A stretch of DNA of 64,000 bases from assembly GCA_964529025.1 (NCBI GenBank), contig CAZGUZ010000002.1:6885-70884 (forward strand), in the 5' to 3' direction. Positions 32,501 through 40,301 of the stretch are shown in pieces (the stretch's first letter is position 1; each line of letters opens with the position of its first letter). The translations under genes and the position numbers were made by a program. Source of the stretch: an uncultured Candidatus Saccharibacteria bacterium. GTDB lineage: Bacteria; Patescibacteriota; Minisyncoccia; Phycocordibacterales; PALSA-1337. The notes under the pieces were generated by a model. That model was not told where the DNA came from. It searched no databases and saw only the letters and a program-made list of their open reading frames with translations.

Positions 32501-33589
32501 GGTACTACTTGCAGCATTGTAAATCACACGAGGGCGAGTATATCTAATACTTGAAGAAGCTATCATAAAGCCTTCATACTTCCAGTTTAAAAGATCGTTT
32601 GATGAATATGCGACGATTCCACCAAGTTCGACTTCTGGCGTACTATTGTTATACGACTCTCCATACCAATAGTATTTACCGTCCAAATAACTGATACCTC
32701 CCGTGTGTGCATCAATAAGCTGGCCACCATTTACATTCCTCCACTCATTTCCCGGGGTAAAGTTGGGTGCAATATAAAAATATGCAGGATCAGAAATTTC
32801 TGAAGAATTTGTGCCACCAAGCACCGCTATTGCTTTAATAGTTGTAGTTGCCGTACTCGTAATTAAGAATGGGTATGTATACGCCTGCGTGGTTCCCTGT
32901 GGTACTCCTGCTGTAACAACAGGGTTTGTTCCGTCAGTTGTATAGTACAAAGAAGCATCCGTTGTAAGACTTGCTAAGGTTACCAATGTTGATGTTGCAT
33001 AACGACCACCATGAGGAGTAATCGTTGGTGTTACAGGCGTGTACGGAGTACTACTTGAAGCAATACCAATCATGCGCAACTCTGCCACCGAACCATAAAA
33101 GTTATTCTGAGTTAATACTCGATAGTAGCGGTAATACTGGTTTCCCGTATCAATAGAAATTTCATTGAGCTGCTTTTGCGGATAATACGGTGGCATACTT
33201 GGTACCGTATAAATTGTTGTCCATGGTCCGGTTGATGAACTTACATTGGCACCTTGAACTATTGCCCCTACAAGTCGCGGAACATAGCCCAAACGCGGTG
33301 CAATTCTAATTTTTGTTACTTTTGCAGCCGACAAAAGATCAAGGCCTACGTATCCTTGCGCAACCGAAGAGTCCCAGTGAGTTGTAAGGTCACTATCAAA
33401 TACCTTAGCAATCGTGTTGCCGTTATTACCAAAACTTCCCGCCGTACCAATCTGATACTGTGAGGCAATACTAAATTGAACTTCGCCCGTAGCGGCATGG
33501 ACCAGAGTCGGAGTTGTAGCAAAACAAAGAGCACTGTAGAGTAGCGCAACAAAAAATACTGGGGTCAGCTTGTTCACCAGACGATACAT
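26597..33589 (-). CDS. Giant surface protein: 2x(discoidin-like, CHB_HEX_C-like, GH43_24-like, FN3), Ig-like and FN3 domains, two C-terminal peptidoglycan-binding domains
   Basis: Signal peptide; YYTTDGT; IDAHTGGI/IESHDGNI...YYWYG...YSSNDLLNW...YIGDRF...VWLP twice; GFFGIKTLAGVRELQ and GYYGEKTKAAVIELQK. Confidence 0.88.
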   Translation of the reverse strand: MYRLVNKLTPVFFVALLYSALCFATTPTLVHAATGEVQFSIASQYQIGTAGSFGNNGNTIAKVFDSDLTTHWDSSVAQGYVGLDLLSAAKVTKIRIAPRLGYVPRLVGAIVQGANVSSSTGPWTTIYTVPSMPPYYPQKQLNEISIDTGNQYYRYYRVLTQNNFYGSVAELRMIGIASSSTPYTPVTPTITPHGGRYATSTLVTLASLTTDASLYYTTDGTNPVVTAGVPQGTTQAYTYPFLITSTATTTIKAIAVLGGTNSSEISDPAYFYIAPNFTPGNEWRNVNGGQLIDAHTGGISYLDGKYYWYGESYNNSTPEVELGGIVAYSSNDLLNWKYEGFMIASSSIRYTRPRVIYNAASSTYVMWARNASAGRAMVATSSKPYGPFRVYNTRLDISGFGNNDLDLFVDNNGTGYVAHASSDTTRIVVAQLSSDYLSPQGSFVNVAALANRATPVMFRYGDVYYLMTASTSATFAHTLVKYSTSSSPLGTYSYPVNPFQSSSLFDNSTGFASQPSEVLKVEGRTDGFVYIGDRFDNSAYATGSLYNSRFVWLPITFPTVNTMSISWYSSWNLDSFFVTATPPTAVSSLVGVKNGLSVDLSWSTNGTAFDNYLERATNINFTQNLRALLLGSTTLSLNDPDITNDTSYFYRIRTITAAGSSTSNTATADFSLSADTTAPQVEITAPLQDATVLGSSVTITASSTDDVLLNSIVLQVDGVQVGSAGGTSPHSVTWNTTGYSDGTHTIKAIATDASSNVASTTITVNVNNSLITITPSTTTIMQGATSSISLTGNATGWTAGTPGTPTFTVTGGNGAAIQSQSVADSLSASIVLYAGSATGTLIITDPLSSATTSITVLADVIAPAVTMTAPAAGATLVGSSVTLTATSTDNVRVTSVQFNLDGSPIGSSGTTSPYSITWNSLTTTDGAHTLSATVQDIAGNRATSTAVNVTVLNSVAPTVTTLASTTVYAFRALLAGSVTSDGGASTTARGIAYGITTTFGATSTILGTSGVGDFATTTVTGDLACGATYFYRAYATNVAGTRYGTTRSFTTAACPLADVDGEVQLYVHPAYQNGTAGSYLNSGNTYAKLYDNNVETWWDSATVSGAYASVDAKAAFIPTAIGLAPRRGYTARVYGVQLQGSNVSSTTGPWTVIHTVASTTPYTPPYFPQRHVTEVPVDSGGQAYRYLRLVAADYSSANLAEFKIIGLAGTSSPFIPVAPRVSPGGGYYRDPIRVRLSSRTTDATLYYTTDGTTPVFSGGMPQGTTQLYTGPFRVATTTQVIAIAVSNVGGDYFVSEPSVTARISIERRFFPAGDWYDMNSRLIESHDGNILYTRGKYYWYGQIMNTDSPEIEAVGVSVYSSNDLLNWTEEQPIVYGGRLHIIERPHVIYNATTSKYVMWGHNVISYPNSRAFIAYGDNPTGPFTIFSTTYNPNGEGLNDMNLFKDADGKAYVLYSNGINTKFFISLLTDDYLGTTETFLNPANHNGREAPAMFIRNGIHYLVTSGLSGWAPNMNTYATSTTGVLGTWSTRVNPFLPSAEEDYTLAFRSQTTHILEIPGRAGSYIYMGDRFNYTDVNNGSLYGSRHVWLPITMGTGTIMTIPWKSSWDLDTEFPTTDGPDAATNVAVNRVGNTVTVTWDNNEPTSADVYLVRATNNIFTQNVVSEYLSSTTESFVDTFDVQTGQQYFYKVQTVTGSGTTNSAVVGTGEVADTTPPVVSSLSATSTATTNIRVTWTTDEAATSRVEYGTTLSYGTLSALNPSLVTSHDITVGDLATSTLYYVRVVSVDASGNTATSSGTTITTLAGTSTQAIVATLAAPTLSSASDSGVSNSDRVTNDTTPTFTGTASTSATVYLYQGGSTLIGSASESGGTWTITSSALSDGSYAISAVQQVGSDYSATSSATTVTVDTTAPTAALTAGQSTVGSSGTTVTVTGVSDIYTFGIHDISVTNGTVGSFATTSQSVYTFNVAPVAQGAMNLVLGTTTYTDLAGNANTVSTLLNLTADLTSPIISSVNATSTSSTAALITWTTDEASDSQVEYGTTLSLGSLSTLGSSLVTSHSVTLSSLIASTTYYYRVLSLDAYANEATSSIETFTTQIAPAVEAPATPTARSSRRGGGSSRTYVGRTPASVQTPAVTVLPNTSQQNSSQGISSNNPRTFTQQLSVGSIGTEVRQLQAILFERGMIDVPPTGFFGIKTLAGVRELQKQYGLPSVGTVGPLTRELLNTIISGDSNPVSVPAPQNIESQTVPQVVPQIPQQSARFEFKNFLEFGMENSEVEELQKRLIELGVYAGPVTGYYGEKTKAAVIELQKKNGLDQRGYVGVNTRKILNSR

Positions 33590-33625
33590 ACATACAGTAT
33601 AACACCGGCAAAAGCTCAACGGGGC

Positions 33626-34174
33626 TTATTTATTCACATTTTCTGAGCGTGAACACCAGAGTGTTAGCCCAATACCAACTAAAACAATAAGGAGTGCAGC
33701 AAAGTAGGTAATACCAGCAATTTGATCGGTGTACTCAAGGATTCCAAACATAGAAAAAAGAGTGTTCCAGTCATGTTCAACACTATCTCCTCCAAGCAAT
33801 GGCAGCACCATTCTTTGTGCATCACCCATGTATACTGAGACCTCAACCAAACTCTGCCCCATCCACATAATTATAATTCCCGAAGAATAAAATTCGCGCT
33901 TCAGAAAAAAGTATCCTGCAATAACGAGCGGAACAATAACTTGCATTGCTGATCCTGCAATAAAGTGAATAAACTTTCCAAAGAAAGCTGCTAGTGTATG
34001 CCCTGCTTCATGGAAAATAAGATTAACGGTACTTATAATATGAAATTCTTGTGGTGTTTGTATGGCGTATACAATGTATACAATAGCAATAAGTGCGCCG
34101 ATAAGCTTTCCGTAATGGATTCGTGCTGAATACTCTTGTTCTATTGCTCTATATATAAATGAGACGGCATTCAT
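33626..34174 (-). CDS. Membrane protein with HExxH (peptidase M50-like)
   Basis: NLIFHEAGH, YMGDA, HDW; several TMs; start at ATG 34174 after TATAAT. Confidence 0.7.
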   Translation of the reverse strand: MNAVSFIYRAIEQEYSARIHYGKLIGALIAIVYIVYAIQTPQEFHIISTVNLIFHEAGHTLAAFFGKFIHFIAGSAMQVIVPLVIAGYFFLKREFYSSGIIIMWMGQSLVEVSVYMGDAQRMVLPLLGGDSVEHDWNTLFSMFGILEYTDQIAGITYFAALLIVLVGIGLTLWCSRSENVNK

Positions 34175-34217
34175 ATACTTATTATACACGAGGTCGTACC
34201 CCTCGTGGTCAGCAAAC

Positions 34218-34243
34218 AAAAAGGCGCCCCCGAAAGGGCGCCT
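34218..34243 (-). terminator. Intrinsic terminator
   Basis: Minus strand AGGCGCCC-TTTCG-GGGGCGCC-TTTTT. Confidence 0.8.
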
Positions 34244-34263
34244 GTGCGATCGCATAATAGCGA

Positions 34264-34452
34264 TCACTGGCCATTTGCTGGATCCTGCGGTGGATCTCCA
34301 GCTTGATCCGTGTCAGAAGGCTGTTCTCTGCAGCCACTTGGACTCCAAGTAACAGTGCCGTCACCGGCACCATTTGCTTCCCCTGAGCGACTCACCCCGA
34401 CAATCACGGGATTACCCCAGGGTGTAACTGGTTGAACAGGAAAATTTTCCAT
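34264..34452 (-). CDS. Putative 62-aa acidic Gly/Pro-rich small protein
   Basis: MENFPVQPVTPWGNP...DPPQDPANGQ followed by its own terminator. Confidence 0.45.
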   Translation of the reverse strand: MENFPVQPVTPWGNPVIVGVSRSGEANGAGDGTVTWSPSGCREQPSDTDQAGDPPQDPANGQ

Positions 34453-34537
34453 ACTGCACTTAGAGTACACCCGCAAATTAAAAGTAGCAACTGTGCACAT
34501 TTAGGTATGATAAGCCTCTATACGGTATACTTACCTC

Positions 34538-35815
34538 ATGTCAAAAGACTTTGATATTCTCATTGTGGGTGGCGGACCGGCTGGAATGATGGCTGCTATT
34601 AGTGCTCGCGAGCATGACCCAAATGGAAAGCTCCGTATTGCCATCCTCGAAAAAAATGAAAGTCTTGGTAAAAAACTCTTAATTACCGGAGGTGGTAGGT
34701 GCAATGTTACCAATGCGCAATTTGATAATCGAAAGCTCCTCGAAAAGTTTGGCGAGGCTGGAAAATTTTTATTCTCGACATTTTCTGAATGGAATTCAGA
34801 AGACACAATTAACTTTTTTAATGGCCGTGGCCTTGGTACAAAAATAGAAAATGAATTACGCGCTTTCCCTATCACTGATTCTGCACAATCTGTATGGAAT
34901 GTTCTTGTGCAAGAATTAGCAATTAAGAAAATTGAAATTATAAGCAATACTCCCGTTACAAGAATTGAGCGTGCTGAAAATGACACTTATTCAGTAACCT
35001 CAAAAAATGGCACAATTTTTACAGCTCATAAAGTTATTCTTGCTACAGGAGGGACATCTCGGCCCGAAACAGGCTCAACTGGTGATGGTTATGCTTGGGC
35101 AAAAAAGCTTGGCCATACAGTTCATACGCCAATACCCTCTTTGGTTCCACTTAAAATTAAAGATTCTTGGATCAAAGATGTTGCTGGGGTTTCACTTCCT
35201 TTGGTTAAAATTACTACGATTCAATTTGATAAAAAGTGTCAGAGTGTTAAAGGAAAACTACTCTTTACCCACGTTGGCGTTAGTGGCCCTACCATTTTAA
35301 ATATGAGCAAGCATGTTGGTGAGCTCTTAGGTTATGGTGATGTCATTATTGAGCTCGATCTTGTACCTGAACTTGATTACGGAAAGCTCAACCAAAAACT
35401 TCAGGATGTTTTTAAAGTGAATTCAAATAAAATGTTTAAGAATTCACTTGGTGATATTGTTCCAACCACTTTAGCTCCTATTATCGTAAAGCTTTCGGGC
35501 ATTAATCCCGAAGTTCAATGTAATAGTGTTACTCGCGAGGAGCGCCTACATTGCGTTAAAGTTTTGAAGCATCTTCAAATTACGGTTGACTCTTTGCTCG
35601 GCACCGACAAAGCAATTATTACCAGTGGAGGAGTTGAACTTACCGAAATTGATTTCAAGAAAATGGAATCCCTCAAAAATCCTGGCCTCTATATTATTGG
35701 AGATATGCTCAATATTAACCGCCCTTCAGGTGGATACAGTCTTCAGCTTTGCTGGACAACAGGCTTTGTTGCTGGGCAACATGCAGCTACACAGGCTCTA
35801 CTTCTCAAGGTCTAG
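34538..35815 (+). CDS. HI0933/BaiN-family flavoprotein
   Basis: IVGGGPAGMMAA, GKKLLITGGGRCNVTN, ATGG..P.TGSTGDGY, GGYSLQ. Confidence 0.93.
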   Translation: MSKDFDILIVGGGPAGMMAAISAREHDPNGKLRIAILEKNESLGKKLLITGGGRCNVTNAQFDNRKLLEKFGEAGKFLFSTFSEWNSEDTINFFNGRGLGTKIENELRAFPITDSAQSVWNVLVQELAIKKIEIISNTPVTRIERAENDTYSVTSKNGTIFTAHKVILATGGTSRPETGSTGDGYAWAKKLGHTVHTPIPSLVPLKIKDSWIKDVAGVSLPLVKITTIQFDKKCQSVKGKLLFTHVGVSGPTILNMSKHVGELLGYGDVIIELDLVPELDYGKLNQKLQDVFKVNSNKMFKNSLGDIVPTTLAPIIVKLSGINPEVQCNSVTREERLHCVKVLKHLQITVDSLLGTDKAIITSGGVELTEIDFKKMESLKNPGLYIIGDMLNINRPSGGYSLQLCWTTGFVAGQHAATQALLLKV

Positions 35816-37288
35816 AATATCGTCAATACGGATTTGTTCTACGAATTCTGGAACGTGACTCACTAAAATCATTGCTCCTTGGTATGCATCAAGTGCTTCG
35901 GCAATTACAGGAATATGTCTAAAGTTAATATGGTTTGTAGGCTCATCAAGAATGAGTAACCCTGGTTTTTGCAAAACCAAACGAGCAAAAGCGACGAGGC
36001 CTTTCTGCCCTTCAGACAAAGAACCGATTTTTGAAAAAATCATATCGCCTGTAATTAAAAACCCAGCGGCAACTGCTCGCATATCTTGCTCGATTTTTAT
36101 ATCCATCACCGACATTAGTGAATCATATACAGAGTCTTCAAAGTTAAGCGTAGAAAAATCTTGGCGGTAATAGCCCACACGAATACCCTCTAAGATTTTT
36201 GCTCCTGGATTAGAACCCGAAGCAATAGATTCGAGCAATGTACTTTTACCAATACCATTAGGGCCCTTAAGTAAAACGTGTTTATTGCGGCGCAATACTA
36301 ATTTTGTTGTACGCTTTACGGGCTTATGTGTCTTTGGGTTGAGTGTTGTAAACTCGGTCACTGTCAAAATATCGCCCACAATATCAGGCTGTGAAGGAAT
36401 TTCGAACGGTCGGATGGTGCGATCTTCTTTACGAATATCTACCTTTTCTTCTTCAAGCTCTTCGGCTCGCTCACGCATGCGCTTAGCAACAAGGCGCATC
36501 TGTCCACCTTTATTTGCAAAAAAGTTTGCTTTATCTTTATTGGCTTGAATTTCTTTTGCCAACTGAGCATTCTTACGATTATCTTTTTCTACCTTTGCGG
36601 TAATTTGTTCAACTACATCAAAATAGTTACCGACATATTGTTCAATTTTTTGTGTGTATACATCAAGGTATAAAACTCCATCGGTAAAAGCATTAAGAAA
36701 AGCTGCATCGTGCGAAATTACAATAACTGTTTTTGAATATGCAATAAGAAACTGCGTTAGATGAGCAATACCTGCTGCATCAAGATTATTTGTGGGCTCA
36801 TCAAGCAATAAAAGATCCGGCTTTTGAATAAGAGCCGATGCCAAGAGGAGTCGTGCCTGCTGGCCACCAGAAAATGAACGAACTATTCTTTCAAGCGGAG
36901 CATGCAAACCAACCACATCAAGAACTTCTTGTATGCGTGGGTCAATGTCGTACAGAGGTTCACTCTTTGGTCGTAAACCCAGAGCAGCAGAATCAGCAAA
37001 AGCTTTTTTAAAGAAATCACGCACCGTCAAATCAAGTTCATTCCGTGGAATAACTTGTCGTGACAAAGCAATGGTTACTCCTTGGCCAATATGTACTGAA
37101 CCAGATTCAGGCTTAAGAGCTCCAATAATGAGCTGAAAGAGTGTACTCTTTCCTGCTCCGTTTTGGCCCATAATAGTTGTCTTTGAACCGCGGCGCAAAG
37201 AAAAATTAACCTCGTCGAGGATAGTTTTATTGTGAGAATATTTAAATGTAAGTTCCTCAAAGCGAAGAATTCCTGAATTTTGAGACAT
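35798..37288 (-). CDS. ABC-F family ATPase
   Basis: Two ABC domains (GQNGAGKS/FSGGQ/LLDEPTN; GPNGIGKS/LSEGQ/ILDEPTNH), no TM. Confidence 0.93.
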   Translation of the reverse strand: MSQNSGILRFEELTFKYSHNKTILDEVNFSLRRGSKTTIMGQNGAGKSTLFQLIIGALKPESGSVHIGQGVTIALSRQVIPRNELDLTVRDFFKKAFADSAALGLRPKSEPLYDIDPRIQEVLDVVGLHAPLERIVRSFSGGQQARLLLASALIQKPDLLLLDEPTNNLDAAGIAHLTQFLIAYSKTVIVISHDAAFLNAFTDGVLYLDVYTQKIEQYVGNYFDVVEQITAKVEKDNRKNAQLAKEIQANKDKANFFANKGGQMRLVAKRMRERAEELEEEKVDIRKEDRTIRPFEIPSQPDIVGDILTVTEFTTLNPKTHKPVKRTTKLVLRRNKHVLLKGPNGIGKSTLLESIASGSNPGAKILEGIRVGYYRQDFSTLNFEDSVYDSLMSVMDIKIEQDMRAVAAGFLITGDMIFSKIGSLSEGQKGLVAFARLVLQKPGLLILDEPTNHINFRHIPVIAEALDAYQGAMILVSHVPEFVEQIRIDDILDLEK

Positions 37289-37452
37289 ATATTTGGGCTT
37301 GTTTATACACCATACAATGATTTTGCCTTGTTTGCAATGATATAGGCACTTAAACGCCGCTCAGTGGTAACAGTTAAATTGTAGTAGTTAAATACACAAC
37401 TGGTAAAAAATGGTATAATAATAAGGTGACATTACTTCCTAATCTCTCATAT

Positions 37453-37968
37453 ATGAATAATAAAATAGTTATTTCTATTGTAGTCCTTATTGCTATTGCA
37501 GCAGGTATTTATGTTGTCGTGCAGCCACAAAAATCTGTAGTACCTGAAGCTACACAGCCTGATGTTCCTGCAGTAATTACGCCAACTACAACGCCAAGTA
37601 CTCCTACAAAGACTGTACCTGCACAAACAACGACTACAGCACCTAAACCAGTAACGGCACCAAAAGCTCCTGTAGTTGCGCCTACGAGCCCCGCCCCTGT
37701 AACAACAACCCCTGCTACACCAGTTTCTACGGTAAAAACAGCAACCATGGCCGAAGTGGCAACACACAATAATGAAGCAAGTTGCTGGAGTGTTATTGAT
37801 ACAAGTATTTACGACCTCACAGAATGGATAAGTAAGCACCCAGGTGGCTCACGCAATATCATTAAGATCTGTGGCATTGATGGTACAGCAGCTTTTGTTC
37901 GAGAACACGGAAGCAGCAAAAAAGCAGCAGCGACACTCGAAAATTACTATTACGGAGAAGTTAAATAG
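37453..37968 (+). CDS. Membrane-anchored cytochrome b5-like heme/steroid-binding protein with Pro/Thr linker
   Basis: EVATHNNEASCWSVI...YDLTEWISKHPGG...CGIDGTAAFVREH. Confidence 0.88.
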   Translation: MNNKIVISIVVLIAIAAGIYVVVQPQKSVVPEATQPDVPAVITPTTTPSTPTKTVPAQTTTTAPKPVTAPKAPVVAPTSPAPVTTTPATPVSTVKTATMAEVATHNNEASCWSVIDTSIYDLTEWISKHPGGSRNIIKICGIDGTAAFVREHGSSKKAAATLENYYYGEVK

Positions 37969-38000
37969 TCGCGCTATATTAAATCATAATTAATTCTTCT

Positions 38001-38408
38001 ATGAATACTCTACAGAATGTTATATCTCGAGTGTATGCAATCCTTGATAAACTTACTCCTTACAGCACAAGTGCTTTGCGCATTGTAATTGGTCTTGTAT
38101 TTATCTATTTTGGATATACGGGCATAGTTACACCTGATATGTGGGCAGGTTTTGTTCCTGAATGGACAAGCTTTTTAGGAACACCTGAAAAACTTGTGCA
38201 GCTCCACGGTATTGCCGAGGTGGCACTTGGACTCTTGCTCATACTTGGAATTCAAACTCGTATTATTGCACTACTCCTCTTCTTAAACTTGGCACACATT
38301 ATTACAACTCTAGAATTTGGCCCAAGTATGGTTCGTGATTTCGGAATGCTCGCTGGACTCTTTACTCTAACAGCGAGTCAGACAAATCAAAATACTAGTC
38401 AAAAATAG
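38001..38408 (+). CDS. DoxX family membrane protein
   Basis: LRIVIGLVFIYFG...GIAEVALGLLLILG..TR...RDFG. Confidence 0.8.
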   Translation: MNTLQNVISRVYAILDKLTPYSTSALRIVIGLVFIYFGYTGIVTPDMWAGFVPEWTSFLGTPEKLVQLHGIAEVALGLLLILGIQTRIIALLLFLNLAHIITTLEFGPSMVRDFGMLAGLFTLTASQTNQNTSQK

Positions 38409-39087
38409 CAAAGCGAGTAAGTTTACGATAAAGACCAAAGAGAACAACCAATACGCCGATACCCGCAACAATGGTTATCGGTGTTATTGTTGTCAGACTG
38501 TTGAGCACAATTCCTGTTAAGCCCCACACCAGAGCGATGGAGTAACCTCGAACATCATGTGCTTTATACAATGTGAGTGCCACAACAATAAGAGCAATAC
38601 CAAGAATATATGCTCCATATAAGATATTTGATCTAGGAATATTCAAAGCCTCGCTGACAATAAGAGTTGTTGCAAGGGTAATCCAGCCAGCATATAAACC
38701 AACGGGAAGACTTACAAACCAAACATACACAGCATCATTTCTGTGTTCATTCAAATGCCATAGTGCTCTGTATGCAGTTGCAACCGTAACAAGAGCTACG
38801 CCAATCTGTAGCCAATCAATATTAAATTTGAAAATATAACTCCAGAGCCCTGCAAGAAACAGTGAGCCGAGGAACCACGGTCGCACACCATATATATGGT
38901 AATGCTCACGCCAGCGCATACGTAACTGCAAAAAAGCAAAACCAATTACCCCAGCATAAATCGGTAGCCAGATTGAAAACATAAGTGGCAAAGGTGTAAT
39001 TAATTTAATTGAATTACTCCCCGTAAAGTCTGCAGTGAGTCCTAAAATCGTTGCGATTATGAGACCGAGAAAATATATGATGTGCAT
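38395..39087 (-). CDS. Polytopic membrane protein, TspO/Trp-rich sensory-like
   Basis: ITP...FSIWLPIY, LYAGWITLAT, LVWGLTGI. Confidence 0.6.
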   Translation of the reverse strand: MHIIYFLGLIIATILGLTADFTGSNSIKLITPLPLMFSIWLPIYAGVIGFAFLQLRMRWREHYHIYGVRPWFLGSLFLAGLWSYIFKFNIDWLQIGVALVTVATAYRALWHLNEHRNDAVYVWFVSLPVGLYAGWITLATTLIVSEALNIPRSNILYGAYILGIALIVVALTLYKAHDVRGYSIALVWGLTGIVLNSLTTITPITIVAGIGVLVVLFGLYRKLTRFAIFD

Positions 39088-39155
39088 GTATATATAGTAT
39101 CACACCTTTACTTATCATCATTTTTGTGATATTTATTGATTAGAGAAAGGATCCT

Positions 39156-39659
39156 ATGATAACAGAGAAAGAAGTAAAAGATTTGTGCAGAACTGCACTA
39201 GGCTTGCACATGATAAGTGTGGGACGCTTGCCTGACCCCTATAGATACAGCTCAAGGGGGATCCGTCAGCACGGAGCTCAAACAGCAGGCGCCATCGTTA
39301 CCCTTGTGGTGATCTGGCTTGTCTTTCGAGCCGGCCTTGCACCACAAATGTTGTGTTTCATTTGTGGGATGATTGGGTTAGTCTATGCGGGCTACAACCT
39401 TTTCTGCCTGCTCTCTGAAACCATGAGTCGCCGAGCCGCGTATCGTGCTTGGCACGGCATGGTCGAGCTTAAGCACTTACTTATGCGGCACAAGCTCGAC
39501 TCTGAGTTCACGGCAAGCGTGTCCCGTGAAGAAATCCAGAAAGTTTTTCGAGAGTGGAGAGAACAGCACAGGCAAGACACAAGAACTCGCGCCAAGATAA
39601 AAGCAGACTTTGGCGACCACTTCGAAGTTCTTGTTCAAGAACTGTTCCCTCCCAGGTAG
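39156..39659 (+). CDS. Hypothetical 2-TM protein, GC-richer
   Basis: 167-aa ORF, AGAAAGGA upstream, own terminator. Confidence 0.6.
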   Translation: MITEKEVKDLCRTALGLHMISVGRLPDPYRYSSRGIRQHGAQTAGAIVTLVVIWLVFRAGLAPQMLCFICGMIGLVYAGYNLFCLLSETMSRRAAYRAWHGMVELKHLLMRHKLDSEFTASVSREEIQKVFREWREQHRQDTRTRAKIKADFGDHFEVLVQELFPPR

Positions 39660-39686
39660 GACGATTTATTCGTCTTACTCAACACA

Positions 39687-39764
39687 CCGGCGCCTTGTGC
39701 GCCGGCTTTTTTTATTTATATACAATATACTGCAAACAAAAAAACCACTTGCGTGGTTTTTTTT
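39687..39764. terminator. Two terminators between convergent genes
   Basis: CCGGCGC-CTTGT-GCGCCGG-C-T7 (39687-39713) and A7-CCAC-TTGC-GTGG-T8 (39738-39764). Confidence 0.8.
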
Positions 39765-39768
39765 ACTA

Positions 39769-39861
39769 CTATCTTCGCTTTGTAGTCTTCTTTGCTTTCT
39801 TAGTTGTCTTCTTTGCAACTTTCTTCTTAGAAGTCTTTTTTGAAACTTTTTTCTTTGCCAT
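39769..39861 (-). CDS. 30-aa Lys-rich microprotein MAKKKVSKKTSKKKVAKKTTKKAKKTTKRR
   Basis: Manual translation; TAG TAG TAA triple stop, terminator downstream, TGCTATACT extended -10 upstream (39898-39906). Confidence 0.75.
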   Translation of the reverse strand: MAKKKVSKKTSKKKVAKKTTKKAKKTTKRR

Positions 39862-39993
39862 GTGGAGGAAATTAAATTTATAATGTAAACCTCTGTAAGT
39901 ATAGCACCTACAAAGTTTTTAAATATATTTTTTTACAAAAAAAGTGGACAACTCAAGAAAAATATTTGTGTTAAATTATTTTTTTCTAAAACT

Positions 39994-40275
39994 TTACCCT
40001 TGCGCTAACTCTAACTTTTTATTTCGTGATAATTTTTTTATTTCTGCTTCGCGTTTAAGTGCGCTACTTCTATTTTTTGTTGGCTCTATGAAAAGTATCT
40101 TTTGTGGTGGAGCTGATCGTGTAAAACGAGCACCTTTCCCTGCTACGTGTTGTGTATAGCGCCGTTCAACATTTGTAGTTATACCCGTATAAATTTGATT
40201 ACGTGCGCAAAGAAGCATGTATACAAAGTATTTATCTTTACTCGCTTTTTTGCCAACTTTTTTACTTGTACTCAT
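39994..40275 (-). CDS. GIY-YIG nuclease family protein (UPF0213-like)
   Basis: YFVYMLLC...IYTGITTNVERRYTQH..GKGARFT...ALKREAEIKKL. Confidence 0.9.
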   Translation of the reverse strand: MSTSKKVGKKASKDKYFVYMLLCARNQIYTGITTNVERRYTQHVAGKGARFTRSAPPQKILFIEPTKNRSSALKREAEIKKLSRNKKLELAQG

Positions 40276-40301
40276 GTACTTATCTTAGAAACGTATATGT
40301 A

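Noticed and set aside
39554-39883. Phe-rich plus-strand ORFs 39554-39883 and 39610-39843
   Set aside because: Antisense shadow of the Lys-rich microprotein, running through two terminators.
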